In this document: piece by piece, positions 38,301 to 52,009 of the stretch
Layout of the letters: each line of letters starts with the position of its first letter
How positions within the stretch are numbered: the first letter of the stretch is position 1
DNA from: the human T2T-CHM13v2.0 reference genome, Homo sapiens
Length of the DNA stretch: 64,000 nucleotides
Direction: 5' to 3' (one strand)
Assembly (NCBI RefSeq): GCF_009914755.1
Contig: NC_060932.1
The notes under the pieces: generated by a model
What the model was told of the DNA's origin: nothing
The model's input: the letters and a program-made list of their open reading frames with translations, nothing else
The model's database searches: none
Program-made: the position numbers and the translations under genes

Positions 38301-38679
38301 GTCTTACAGTGCAGAAATTTGTATAATTAATTTTCTTAAAACACTGTGAGGCCGAAAGAGAGAAGAAAATGTTGTATGATTATACTTTGGTTGAATATCC
38401 ATATATACACATGGTAAAAGTAAGATGTCGACAGATGCTACAGCACTTTGCATATAATCCTATTAGTGCATAATTACTGCCTGATAATGCTTTACACCTA
38501 AATGATCTTCTCTCTTGAACTGTAAGCTCCTTGAGGATTCTTATTTATCTTTATTCTATTATATAAGAGAAATTGAATAAAACATTATTTGGATGAATGG
38601 ATAGAGAGCTGATTGAAAAGTTAATAAGTAGCATCATCAAACAAAAATTGTTGGTATATGTGTAGTATATGAGACTTGT

Positions 38680-39345
38680 CAAATGATCTGTTTCCAGACC
38701 CACCCTTAAATGCAAATTTCCAATAAATCAACCTGATATCAAAAAGCTTAACTGCATGCTAGAACAAAGCACAACAAAAAGAATATGACAAAATCCATCA
38801 TCCCAAACCATAAAATTCTCAATGTCCAGGATGCAATAAAAAGTTATCAGGCAAGCAAAGAAGCAGGAAAACATAGAGGAAAAAAAAATCAATCTATCAA
38901 TAAAAGCAGGCTCCCAAAATGAGAGAGAATGGAATTTGCAGACAGGGAAGTTAAAATATCATGTGATTAAATGTTCTCCATTTGTTCAAGAATAGAGAAA
39001 AAAACATGAACTTGAAAAGAAAGAAATGGAAGATACAAAAAATGAAAATATTAAGAGATGAAAAATGAAATGTCTGTAACAAAAAATTATGTAAAATTGA
39101 CAGCAGATTAGATTAGATACTGTAGAAGAAGAGATCAGTCAACTTGAAGAAATAGCAACAGAAACTATCTGAAAGAAAAAAAGATAAAACTCTAAAGAAA
39201 TTAAAAAGTAGTAATGACCAGTAGGGTAATATAAAGCAATGCAAGTAATTGGAATCCCAGAAGGGAAGAGACAGGGAGTCAAAAAAAAATCTTCAAGAGA
39301 TAAGAGCCCAAATTTTCCCAAATTTGATCAAAATTATACACTCAT
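38680..39345 (+). mobile_element. Old L1 ORF1-region fragment
   Basis: A-rich; TTAGATACTGTAGAAGAAGAGATCAGTCAACTTGAAGA, GTAATTGGAATCCCAGAAG, AATTTTCCCAAATTTGAT. Confidence 0.75.
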
Positions 39346-39419
39346 GGGTCTTCTCTTTTTACATTATGCTATCTCATAGTGACTGCATTTTAAATATATT
39401 AAGAATCAGTGACAGAATT

Positions 39420-39660
39420 TAATAATTGTAAACATCTATCTTATGTCAAGTGCTGCTTTAAATGCTTTGCAGGTAGTAACTCATATAATCCCAAAACACA
39501 AGGTGATAAGATCTCTTGTATCTCTGTTTTATAGATCAGGGCACTGACTCCCAGAAAGATTAGGTGTTGGCATGCTCAATGTCGCCCAGCTTTTCTGAGT
39601 GGAGCAAAGACTCAAACCTGTGTTTCTGGCTTCAGCATTCATGCTCTTAACCATGCTATA
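39420..39660 (-). mobile_element. MIR SINE
   Basis: TATGTCAAGTGCTGCTTTAAATGCTTT...TTTTATAGATCAGG...CTCAAACC...CATGCTCTTAACCA. Confidence 0.65.
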
Positions 39661-41459
39661 TGGCCTCTGTACCTTCTGTGCAATGGACAAACATTAACAC
39701 TTTAAGACTCAAACTTGAGCCAGATGTGTCCATTTTTATGCTAAACACTTCTAAATCTTAAAACAATTCAGTGTGGTTTTTATAAAGAATATGAATTTAC
39801 ACTTTATCTTCCAGGATCCAGAATAATATCAATAAATGTGTGCAAATGCATGAACAAACTGGCAAAAAGATGAAGAACATGTTAGCATTCAAACCATTGT
39901 GACCCGCCATTTAACCATGGACTAAATCAGCAGGAAAACTGTGTATCTGGAGGAATGGGTACTTGTGATTTTCTGAAGCCATATTTTAAAAGAAAACTAA
40001 GAACATCCAGACACTACAGTTGTCAGCAACTTGACTCCTTCTAGTTGCAATCAGAGGGTTCTTGCTGACACATGTAGCCCTGCTTGTCCTTTGTCACATA
40101 TGTGCTTCCCCTGCAAACTGTCAGTGACTTGTCAGAATTGATCAGGAAGTCTAAGGTCAATCCTCAGTGATGGACAGGTCTGGACACGACAACATCCCAT
40201 TTCTGGTTCTGTGTCATGTAACGTATGAAAACTGATGTCCCCATCATCTACTCTCAGGATAAATGACTGCACACAATGATGGTGAGATTTTTTTTTAAAG
40301 GTAAAGAAAATCAACAGGATAAACTCAACATTTATTTTTTTAAGCAAATATTTAATCTAATGTTGCAGAGAGACAGGATGTCTTATAAAAAGATGTATAC
40401 TCCTTTCTCCCAATGTATGAATAAAACTGACCGTGTTCCTTATTTGGGAATTTAAACCATCCAACAACCAAACCAACCAAATCTAGGAATAAGGAAACAG
40501 GGCAGGGCACTTCTGTAAATGGCCTGAGACCCTGATGGCTCCCAAGGCACCCAACCCATGAATTACAGGCCAGAAATTTGGAAGTATCTTTGTTGCTTTC
40601 CAAGGTGTCTACTTTGAAATTTGATAGAAATTAAGATTTGTGTTACACTTCAATTTGTTTGTTAAGATGTTTGTTAAAGTGGGCATCTTACTACGTAAAT
40701 TGCCCCTTCTAGAAAAGAAAAATGCTAGAAATTTTTTATAATCTTTTAAAATATCTGACACCACTGAAATATATTATGAGACTGTAAAAAGAATAACTAA
40801 TCTTTTGGGCGAAGAGGTGGAAAATCACTGTGAACAGGGGTCTAAAGTATGCATAGTATTGCTTAGAAGGGAAAGGGACATAAAAGGGCCTCCACTGAAC
40901 AGTTTATATAAATTAGCACACAACACTTTTGGGCTTCTGTTCACTTGGCTCCTCATTTCCTCACTGTCCTGACTTCTCTCATTGTTATCCTTGCTAGTCA
41001 CTTTATTCCTCCTTATAGATTTTACTACAAAATATAGAGAAGAGGAAAGAACATCCCATTTTGCTACACTTCCAAGATCTTACCTCTATTTTTTTTCCGT
41101 TCCTCACACCCCTACAAAAATCCTCATAATATCACTTTGATTTTAGCAAAATCACTGGCAACAGAGGGAAAATGGGAAAATGTGAGAGAACTCACTGCCT
41201 AACTCCCACTGCTTCTTTCTACACCCAAAAGAGGGAAACGTAGAGAAAGGAGAAAGACCTCTACAGCATAGTAACATGAACATAAATTTAAGCATCTGAA
41301 TCTTTTAGTTCTTAACACGGACACAGCCTGTAATTACAGTTGCAGGGGAAACCACTAAGTTCCCTATGATTTGTTCCCCAAATGAAGAAAAGGGAGAAAC
41401 ACTCTGTGAGTTCAGGCTACTGGTAATATTCAACAATTGATACCTATTCCATTATTTCT

Positions 41460-42700
41460 ATTTTTTTAAATTAACAAATATTTTATTCTTTCAACTTAAT
41501 TTCAGTTTAGTTTATGCCTGTTTTTTATCTTCTCTAAGTGAAAACATAAAACATGCATTTTAAATCTTTTCTTATGTTCTAACATAAGCATTTAAAGCTT
41601 ATGTTTTGCGTTAAGCACTGTTTTTAGCTGTCTCTCAAATTATTTTCTAATCTTCTTTTCTGAATTCTCTTACTTAAAATTATAGTATTTAGAAGTGGTT
41701 GCTTAAGTCCTAAACATGTAAGAACTTCTTTGTGATATATTTTTCATTTACTTTTAATTTAATTCCATGTTAGTCAGATAGCATGCTTTTTAATATCTCT
41801 GTTTTAAAAGATCTTTCACTTCTCTCAGCAATGTTTCATAGTTTTTATCCAAGAAGTTATCATATCTTTTGTTAAATTTATCCCTAAACATTTATGGAAA
41901 ATACTATATCAGACATAGTATCCCACTTCAGAGCCGGGCACGGTGGCTCACACCTGTAATCTCAGCACTTTGGGAGGCCGAGGCGGGCAGATCACCTGAG
42001 GTCAAGAGGTCGAGACCAGCCTGGCCAACATGGTGAAACCCCATCTCTACTAAAAATACAAAAATTAGCCAGGCGTGGTGGTAGGCACCTGTAATCACAG
42101 CTACTCAGGAGCCTGGGGCCTGAGACTCGCTTGAACCCGGGAGGTGGAGGTTGCAGTGAGCCAAGATCACGCCACTGCACTCCAGCTCGGGCAACAGAGA
42201 GAGACTCCATTTCAAAAATAAAATAAAATAAAATACTCTGTAATACTCCAATTCTTTAAAATTTATTAAACTTTGTTTTATGAACCAGTGTATGGCTCAG
42301 GTGTTGGTTGCAGTGTTCTCTTAATGTCAGTTAGACTAAGGTGGTTGATAGTATGGTCCAAATCAACATACTTACTATTGTTTGTCTTTTATACTTCAAA
42401 CAATTACTGAGGGAGGAGTGCTACACTATCCAACCACAATTATAGGTTTGTCTATTTTTCTATGACTTTTGCCAGTTGTTGCTTCATTTATTTTAAAGTT
42501 CTATCATAAAGTGTGTACACTTTCAGCATGGTTATAGCTTCTTAATGTATTAACTGTTTCATCAAAATAAAATGTCTCTTTAGTGCTGGTAATATGCCTT
42601 GTTCTGAAGTGGGATACTATGTCTGATATTAATATAGCCTTTTCCAGCTTTTTATGATTAATGTTTACATGGTACATCTTTTTTTTCCATTCTTTTACTC
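41460..42700 (-). mobile_element. Old L1 (L1M) ORF2 fragments, antisense, interrupted by Alu
   Basis: T-rich L1 antisense motifs: TTAAGCACTGTTTTTAGCTG, GTTGGTTGCAGTGTTCT, TGTCTGATATTAATATAGCC. Confidence 0.72.
41933..42230 (+). mobile_element. Alu (AluS-like)
   Basis: Dimeric Alu with (AAAAT)n tail; TSD AAAATACT at 41898-41905 and 42230-42237. Confidence 0.95.
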
Positions 42701-42758
42701 TTTTTTTTATACTTTTAAGTTCTAGGGTACATGTGCACAACGTGCAGGTTAGTTACAT
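42701..42758 (-). mobile_element. Very short L1PA 3'-terminal fragment
   Basis: TTTTTTTTATACTTTTAAGTTCTAGGGTACATGTGCACAACGTGCAGGTTAGTTACAT is the reverse complement of a young L1 3' end plus poly-A. Confidence 0.85.
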
Positions 42759-43070
42759 TCTATTTTTTAACTGCAGAGGGAAGGGAGATAAAACAGTATC
42801 AAAGAGATTCCATGTTGTCACTGCTAATTTTCCAATCATTTTGGTTGAACATTTCAGAATGTTGTGAAAATTGTACGACTGTTTATTGACTTGCTAGCTC
42901 TTTACCATTCATGAGTGCCATTCAGATGTAATTGTTTAATGAAACAAAATAGTATAATTCCCCTAAATCATGTATCTATTCTACCTTTAGGTAGTCTGAA
43001 AGTATAAAATAACACATTTGGAGCCATAACAGCCCACCATGTCCATTCGGATGCACATCTCTAAGAGTTA

Positions 43071-43360
<290 letters not shown>

Positions 43361-45150
43361 TAAGTTTTTTTTTTTTTGGAAAAAAAATGTAAATAACATT
43401 TTTCTAGCAAATCATTGTAATATTGTAATATAAGACTATTATATCTAGCAAATCATTATAATTATAATATAGACATGAAACAATTAAAAATAAATTACTA
43501 TATTTATTACTGCAAATTGCTATACAGTCACGAGTTCATATATTCCACCCTTAATGATCATGGTTGTATAAGAGCATTAAAGGAACAACTCAAGCTATTT
43601 ATGTAATATATGTTGGTATATCTAGTATATGGCATTTCAAAGGCCTAAATAAAGTATAAATCACTGACTTCAGGTAGTTGCATCCCTATTGAATATTCAA
43701 AGTGAGAGTTATTAACTACCTCTTCGTTCATCATTAGCCCAAGAGTCAATGGTATTAACAACACATTCCAGGGTCACTCAGTAGTATAAAATAACATATT
43801 TGGAGCCATAACAAGCCACCATGTCCATTCTGATGCACATCTGTAAGAGTTGGCTTTTTGGCCAAGTGTGGTGGCTCACACCTGTAATCCCAGTACTGCT
43901 CGTCAGGACTAAGCACCAGGGTTTCTGCCCTGAATCTTCCTAGGCTTACACCTCTCTCCAAAGGCAAGGAATCCAGCACCCAAGGGGACATGCTGCCCTA
44001 GCCCCTCCATCTTTGTGCTCATGGTCCAGCTGCTCAGAAATTGGGATTCCCTGTTCAACAGTAAGAAGTCCCCTTCTGGGGCATACATGGGCTTCCTTCT
44101 TGGGTCTATCCCCCAAAAGCCAAACATGCAGCCATTATGTTCACCTCCAGGTCTGAGGTTAGCCGATGGCTGTTGTTTGGGGTGAAAGTTTGATGGAGCT
44201 TCCTGTGGGCAGAGTGGTCCATTCCAGGCAGACTAGGTCCCCGTAGAATGGCAGGTGCAAGATATGGGCTAAGGGTCACATTTGCATCTGTGTCCCACAA
44301 TTGTCAGAGGTGGATTTTCCTTAGGGTAACTGGAAGGTAAATATAAAGTAGATTCCCGGAAGTCCCAGCATTCCAGTGGCAAGGCAATTATGGGCAGGGT
44401 TACCCCCTCAAAGTCATCAAGGCTCCATCTGTTCTACTACAACAATCACGACTGAAATCATGGGATGTAGTGGCTTCTAACATATATAGTTGTGAGGTCA
44501 CTGGAACAGATTTTTAAGGAATTTCAGCTCATAACACACAGTTTTGGTAAATTTTAAGACAACAGTGGATACACAACTGACCATATCCATTGCCAAGAAA
44601 TTAGATTAAATGGCATTTAGAATAATAAAAATTTGAAGAGAGCATATAAAGGTCATTTCAATGACCAACCTACATTTATGACAATTGAGTTCATTCCATG
44701 ACTAAAACCATAAGGTCTCTTTCTCCCCTCCGCACACTCAGATATCAACCACTTAAAATATATTAAATTTATATTTCTAAAATTTACATCATTAAGATCC
44801 CCACAAAGCAAAACATACATGACCTCCTTAAACTACACTTTCATGATAAATCAGTAGTGAGTGCAGCGATTCATGTATTATTAAGTTAATTGTCTGTCAA
44901 GATATTAACAATGTTGACTTCTGAAAAGAAGTCTAAAATTTTAAAAGCGAAACTGAGTTTATCAGCTAGGACAGATTGCTGCTTGTCTAAGTGACTTAGT
45001 TTGTGTGACAGAGCTACACGCTGCCTTTGGGTTCACAAGTCCTTCAAAACCAAAAATCCATGCTAATGGAAACCTTTTCAGCATAAAGCATCCAACAATC
45101 AGAGTTAAGGTTTTATTTATTGGCTTTGACCATTTACTTCTGTTATCAAC

Positions 45151-45294
45151 CATAAGGGCCCATACACTTCATCAACCTCTAACAATAGCCGCAAGCTTGG
45201 ACAATCTGTCTTGCGTCTTCATTGGGTAAGACTTCAATGGGACAGCCTCGATTAAAGAACAGCCCACGCATAAAATGAAAACTCATTAAAATAA
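45151..45294. repeat. Copy 1 of a diverged ~145-bp direct duplicate (partner 48322-48467)
   Basis: 66/90 identical ungapped over the first 90 nt; shared CTCATTAAAATAA end. Confidence 0.85.
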
Positions 45295-48200
45295 ACTTTC
45301 TCAAAGGGTAGAAACTTCACTTCCAATTGAACTGAACTGTTTTTATTTCAAAGATGAAAGGCACATTACCCAGCCATACATTCATGTGCTCTTGGCCTAA
45401 GTGCTTTCTATTTGACGACTTTAACTCTGGGTCCCTTCCCATGTCTTTTTGGAGGCTTTAGAAACAGAATAGGAATTCAACCCTTATTGAGCCTGATTGG
45501 AACATAGTATCTGTGAACCTCTTAATAATACTTCAGACCTTTATGGTTTAATTCGCAATGGTGTCCCTTTTGTCTGCCTTACTAGCCTTTAATCTAAGGC
45601 ACAATGAACCCACTTTACATTTATTTGTAGAAAAACACTGAATAGCTAAGGATTTTTTAATGTGCCCATTATAAATAGAGATTTTTTAGAGACACACAGG
45701 TATGGTCATTTACATAACAGAATGCAAAGCTGAATTAAAAAAAGACGATGTCGAAGATGGTTGTTGCCAATTGTTTACATGAAAACTGACTTATAACTTT
45801 GAAGTTGAAAACTTCACCTTGAACTTATGAGGGCAATATCAATGAAAGAAACAACACAATAAAATGAAAAAGTCAAGAGACTGGGAAAATCTGTTATGTG
45901 AAAATATCAGCTGACCTATAAAAGAGTAATATAACTGGTATTAGCTGAAGCAAATAATAATACTCTGAGCTTTAATTTTATATGAATGACCATTAAGTGA
46001 AATGAACCACAATCATGGTTACTTAGATACACAGACTATTCAGAGATATTGTTAATACTCAAAGCAATGCAAAAACATCCACTAATGGCTGTATATGCAT
46101 GCCATTAAGAGGAAATTAAGCTCTTTAAGGTTGGCTATATGTTATTATATAACTTTAATTCATACATCTTTGTTTGAGACCTAAATGTATATACCATGTG
46201 CATACTTTAAAAGACACATTAGTTCAAGAAATATAAATTTCTTGTGTCAAAAATGTTCCCTTAAATTATGTAATTGTGAAACTATATGTAGATGCATTTT
46301 AAATTTTATCAAAATTAATAACTAGCATAATGGTCTCTGGGTAATGAAAGTGCTATATACTTTCTCAGCAGGGGTTGCCAAAAGCTTCTCAATTATCTTT
46401 TTGATTTAATCTATTTGTAAATTACTAACAAAGGCTTTTTTTCTTTATGCAAAAACCTATCAGAAATTGAATATATAAATAAGATATTTTTAAACAAAAA
46501 TCTATTATTTAAAACCAAAACAAAAGATCAAAATAAAAAATGTTACAAAATCAAACATCATCACAAATGACAAAGTATAGAAAACTGATTCTTACCTGGT
46601 TTTTTTTTTTACCTATAAAGTCAATCTAAACTTTCTTGCTATTTTTTGCTTTGTTTTTGCTTTAAAGGTGAATGTATTCAATATTTGAAATTAATCAAAA
46701 AGTAAACAGAAAAACAACACCTATCTTTGTCGAAATTACAAACAATTCTGTCATTCACCAACTTATACTAGCTCCAGTACAAAATAAACATCTGCCCTGA
46801 CTGCTAGAAAGCGTTAAGTGAATTCCTGGCTTTGCTCAAACAGGATCATATAGATATCATTTTTTCCCACTAATTTAAAAAAATCATAGCTTCTGTATTT
46901 TATTTGGTATTATTTTGGTCTTACCACATCTATTCATCATTTAGGGGTCTAAATATATCAATCTGTAAAAAGCCAAATTAAAATAACCAACAATCTCTCA
47001 GGGAAAACTAAAATAGGTCTGTCGCACTTTAAGCAAAACCAATGTATAAATGTAGGTGAAGGATGATTAAAAGATTAATATTTGTGATGCACAGTATTAG
47101 CGATAGGACTTTTTCGCAACAGCAAGCTCTCCTCTTGAAATTTACCGTCTTAAAAATGTGTATGACTTACAGCCATCCTGGATTCTATCTAATATATACA
47201 AAATAATACTTTGTATAGATGAAAATATTTACAGATATATATTTCATATCTATGAAAACATTTGCAGTAAATAACACTATATCTTTATGATAGATAGCAA
47301 GATACACAGCCTATATAATTATGACACATATGATATAGATAACATTATCTACTGTAAATGTTTCATTTATTGAATTATTCAAATAAGTCAAAAGAATCTG
47401 TATTATTCCACCAAGAATGTCAGTTTATAGAAATTTGATTATTGTTAATCAGGGCCTGTTCTTGCTTAAAAATTTAACTTATAAACCTCGAATTAACTAT
47501 AAACAATTTATAATTTTAAAAATTAGCATAACAGGAGCACACAATGCTTTTCTTGTTATCAGGAGGTTGAGCCATGGAAGTTCAGAAACTATAATTAATT
47601 TCTTGTTTAATGAAATTGGCCAAAGCTGCCATACATCATGCTGTAAGTTGCTTCCTGAAAGTGAAGTTCCTTTTGCATCTTACGCAGCAAAACTAGTTTA
47701 TAATTACAATGGAAAACTCTATGTTGGAAGGCCCTGGCCTCTCTAGACTGTACTTGCAAATGGAAAACAGAGCAGCCTAAGCTGTCCAGTATGTGCTTCC
47801 CAGACCTTATGTGGCCCATCAGAGAAGTTCCCCAAGACAAACTCAGTGTTGAAAATATGGCTATGAATATTAGCCATAAAAATCATGTTTTAATTCAAAC
47901 AAATTCATTTTAATGTAAAGAAATCAAATAAACATGAAATAATTTCAACAAAGCATTAGATGATAAATACCTTTCTAACTTTAGACATAAGGACATTAGC
48001 TACTAGAAAAAATCTAACATAATTTTAATGCTTTTACTTTTGCATTGAAATTAGTGTGTGTCAAAAAATGAGATAACACAGTAGTTTTTTGCTTACATGG
48101 ACACATGTTAATAGTTCTGTGGGATATTTGCAATTTTCACTTTTATGGTTTCAACTCCTGATGCTTACCTAGGAAAACTGGGATCTCGTAGTATAAAATT

Positions 48201-48321
48201 TAAGAAAATCAAACAAATGACTTAAAGGGAGTAGAATGATTTTTTGCGGCGGGGGGGGGGGGGCGGGAGGTTTTTTTTTATTATTATTATTTTGCCTTAA
48301 TCCTCTCATTTGGTTTAGAAA

Positions 48322-48467
48322 CATAAGGCCCTGTTCACTTCATTTAAGCCTCACAATGACTGGAAGCCTGATCAATCTGTCTTGTGTCTTCTTAGGGTGA
48401 AACTGCAATTGAGCGGAAGCAACAGATGAACAAAGCCCACATTCAAATCTGTAGCTCATTAAAATAA
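48322..48467. repeat. Copy 2 of a diverged ~145-bp direct duplicate (partner 45151-45294)
   Basis: Shared blocks CATAAGG, CACTTCAT, ACAAT, CAATCTGTCTTGYGTCTTC, GGGT, AGCCCAC, CTCATTAAAATAA. Confidence 0.85.
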
Positions 48468-49149
48468 CGTTAAAATAGAGTAAAATCTCAATTGTAAGTG
48501 AATCGTAGCTGGCTTTTTTTTCTGCTAAATACATTTGATTAATAAACTATACAATCATTAGCCCTGAATCAGTAGTCTTTAAAGTAAATTTAAATAAATG
48601 TCTACTTCTTTCTAAAAACTTGAACATTTTGAAAACCGTTTTGGAAATAGGCTTTCAACAAAGCACTACATGAGATAACTCTGCAGCATGCTCCAGTGAC
48701 ACATTCCATCAAGACATGATTCACAGTAATTCTACAGTTTATGGTGCTTTCTACAGTATATGGAGGAACCATACACAAGATAAAATCAGTAGCAGTCAAT
48801 GTAACACTTCCCCCTCCAAACTCCTATCATTCTATAATGACACAACATCAAGTTTCTATCAATAAATGCCAAAATAGATGTGCTATGCCACAATTTTTTA
48901 TCCAAATGCCCAATAAGTAAAATTTTTAGAACTTTTGTGAATTTTAAGTAACCCAGAAGTTCAGCAGGGAAATTCACAAGTAAGCATACTACCATTCCAG
49001 TCTGTACCTAATCCAGGGTTGAAATCTTTATTAACACATTTGACTAAGACAGTCAAGATTTGTAAAAGTCGGATTTTAGTTGGGAACACATGTCCATAGT
49101 TATGTCTGATGGATTTTTGTTATAAAGTATAATCATGTTCTAGAAACTG

Positions 49150-50080
49150 CTTAGGCAATCTAAAGATATCTGTTAAAATAAGACATGCAAACATTTTTCA
49201 ACCCTAAAACCTCACCTTTAAGAAACCAATCTCAAAGAAATAAAAGCACCAGTGTAAAATCATATATAATCAAAGATATTTGCTGTAGAATTGTTTCTTG
49301 GAGCTAAAAAAGAAAAAAAAACAAAAACAAAGTAGAAAAACTGTCGGCCATTCATAGTATGGAATATTATAGAACGTTAAAAGAGTCTGTTAAAGCTACA
49401 CCAGTTGACCAGGACAATTTTTCATGATATACTCTTAAATAAAAAATAAGATGCAGAGAACACATCTTTAAAAAACTAACTGGCAAAATCCCTCCACATA
49501 CATGGGTGTATAAACAAAGTTCTGAACAGATCATATGCCCACAGAGAACGGTCTGAAAGGCTATGTACAGGTTGTTGATATAAGCATAGAAAGGAACGGG
49601 GTTGGGGGAGGTAGGGGTGGAGGGTTGGCTAGTAACCAAAAGAATAATTTTTTTTTTTTTGAGATGGAGTCTCGATCTGTCACCCAGGCTAGATGGAGTG
49701 CAGTGGCGCAATCTCGATACACTGCAACCTCTGCCTCCTGGGTTCAAGAGATTCTCCTAACTTCTGCCTTAGCCTCCGAAGTAGCTGGGACTACAGGCAT
49801 GTGCCACCACGCCCAGCTAATTTTTGTATTTTTAGTACAGACGGGGTTTCACCATGTTGGCCAGGCTTGTCTCTAACTCCTGGCCTCGCGTGATCCACCC
49901 GCCTCAGCCTCCCAAAGTGCTGGGATTACAGGTGTGAGCCACCGCGCCCAGCCAAAAGAATGAATTTTTTTTCCAAAAGTCCTCAATGACAACAGCATAT
50001 TATTCTGATATATCTGATTTTTACAATGAGCCTGTAATAGTTAAATAATCAGATTAAAACAATAAAGTCATTTTCACAAA
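49150..50080 (+). mobile_element. Degraded L1ME-type 3' fragment (contains an Alu)
   Basis: AAGAAACCAATCTCAAAGAAATAAAAGCACCAGTG, CATTCATAGTATGGAATATTAT. Confidence 0.55.
49648..49953 (-). mobile_element. Alu (AluS-like)
   Basis: Antisense Alu; TSD-like AAAAGAAT(G)AATTTTT on both sides; small internal insertion near 49759. Confidence 0.95.
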
Positions 50081-50174
50081 TAAAGAAGAGATGTCTGAGA
50101 AGCAAGTCTGGCTGGAAGCTTTTCAGGTTAACAGGCAGCTTTGCAGGTTAATTCCTAGTTTCTTCATTTGCTTG

Positions 50175-50861
50175 TATTGGGGCTCTGAAAATGATACTCC
50201 AAAGTATGATGCTTTGGTGTGCTGAGTACTTTGAACTAAAAGATGTAGGGCTCAGAAGCAGCCTCAGAACGAAGATCTCTCTGCCCTCCTGCCCTCCTGT
50301 TTCTCTTCCCTGGCTCTCTCTTAAGGTGAGTCAGAATAAACAGAATTCCTCTTCCCCAAGGCAGTTCCCCTTTTCCCCAAAGACAGACATAAAACCTAGA
50401 AATATTACTCTAACCTTCCCCTGTCTTTCTGTCTGTCAGCTGGCTGTAAAGAAATTCTCTGACCTAACCTTGTCCGATAGTACGTCATAAGACCCTCATT
50501 CCAGAGGTTTCCTGCCCATTCCAGTGAGAAGAAATACTACAACAGAGAAGCCAAGAAGAATCTGAACAGATGGGAGGCCTTGTTGGGTTTCCCCATCAAT
50601 CCGTAACCATTAGATCACCCCCTTTGGTCCAATCACATTTCTACATAGCTGTCCATTTTTCACCAAACCTACACATAAAAATAGGCAGTGTTCTCTGAGT
50701 CTTTGGGTCTTCATTGTGAAGGCTCCCAAGTCACATAAAATGTTGATTATTTAAATAAAGATGCTATGCTTTTCTCTTGTTAAGCTGTGTTTTGTTATCA
50801 AAGTATCAGCCATGACCCTTATTGTGAGAAAGAAAGGTGTCACACCCTGTCCACTTCTACA
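50175..50861 (+). mobile_element. ERV1 solo LTR (MER39/MER31 group)
   Basis: Head T(A)TTGGGGCTCTGAAAATGATACTCCAAAG, internal AAACCTAGAAATATTACTCTAACC, AATAAA near 50754, ends CTTCTACA. 4-bp TSD CTTG at 50171-50174 and 50862-50865. Confidence 0.88.
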
Positions 50862-52009
50862 CTTGCTTTATACTTTTGGAGAATCACTGAACGTCTCTCT
50901 CCACTTTCCCCCTGTGTCAAGTTAGGTAATGTTAAAGTCAGCATTATGTGAAATCATGCATTTAAAACACCTAGAAGCAGGAATGACTACTCTAAGCCCT
51001 CAATACATTGTGATTCTTAAATCCTTCTCCCTGACTCTTGCCCTAGGGTTTCAGAAGGTGGCTTCCTTGCTGACAGTGGGAGCTGGATTCAGGCTGAAGT
51101 AGCTACTAAAAGGCTCTCATATACACACATAACTGCAAGGCTTGGGCCTGTCAGATCACAGAAGGGAATGCAGAGAGTGGGAGAGGAAGGTAGGTTAGGA
51201 GGAGGAGCAGGGAGGGAAGACTGACACACTTCTTAGATATCTTTTGGTGATGAAAACAGAAAATATGACTATGAATCCATTAGTAACACACAGTGATAGA
51301 GAAAAGCATCTCTGACTGTTGATAATCTAGATTCTGATCAGCTGCCTAGTATCTCTTCTCCTTCATCATGCCCTGACCTCACTCATTGGTCCACCAAAAG
51401 CCCACCCTTCTCAGTGGATATGCACAAGCTCTGCTCACCACAACAATCCGCTGTCGTGTGGCTGCAGGGCCAGAGATTTCTGAGTAATCACAAAGGAAGC
51501 AGACCGTCTGTTTCATGGATATCTTGTTCTCCTGTGAGGATCTGACTGACATTTTTTAATTAAACTGGCCCACTGGAGTTTAATTAAGGTGTTGTCTTCT
51601 TGAGATGAAACTAAAGAAATATAGATCCCTTTTATGGAACAAACATGTAGGATAAGAAACCTTCTTCTACCCCTCTGATCTTTAAAAAAAAATGCCCTCA
51701 ATTGTTTCTTTTATTCCCAAACGTTTTCTTCTTTTTATTAACAAAGTTGTTTCAGAAGTGACTTAAAATGGCCCATAGGCTAGCCCCATAAATCTACAAG
51801 TATCTGAGAAATTGCAGAGACTGATGATGTACGTTGGGGGATAAGAAAGTCTGCCTTTTAAATTCAATTTAATAGAAATCAGCTTAGAAAATATGCATTG
51901 ACTAATGGCCCAGTAATGAACCCAGTTACAAAAAGTAGTTTGAATCTCACAGGGAAACTAACCAGGTTAAAAAAGTACATAATAAAAGCAACCTCCTATT
52001 GGAACGGGC

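Noticed and set aside
43898-44430. GC-richer segment with several short ORFs
   Set aside because: Probably an ancient LTR-type remnant. No family, splice structure or recognisable protein could be assigned.
45151-48467. H/ACA snoRNA or minus-strand coding interpretation of the duplicated module
   Set aside because: The ACA box is not shared by both copies, and a 2-nt indel breaks the shared minus-strand frame.
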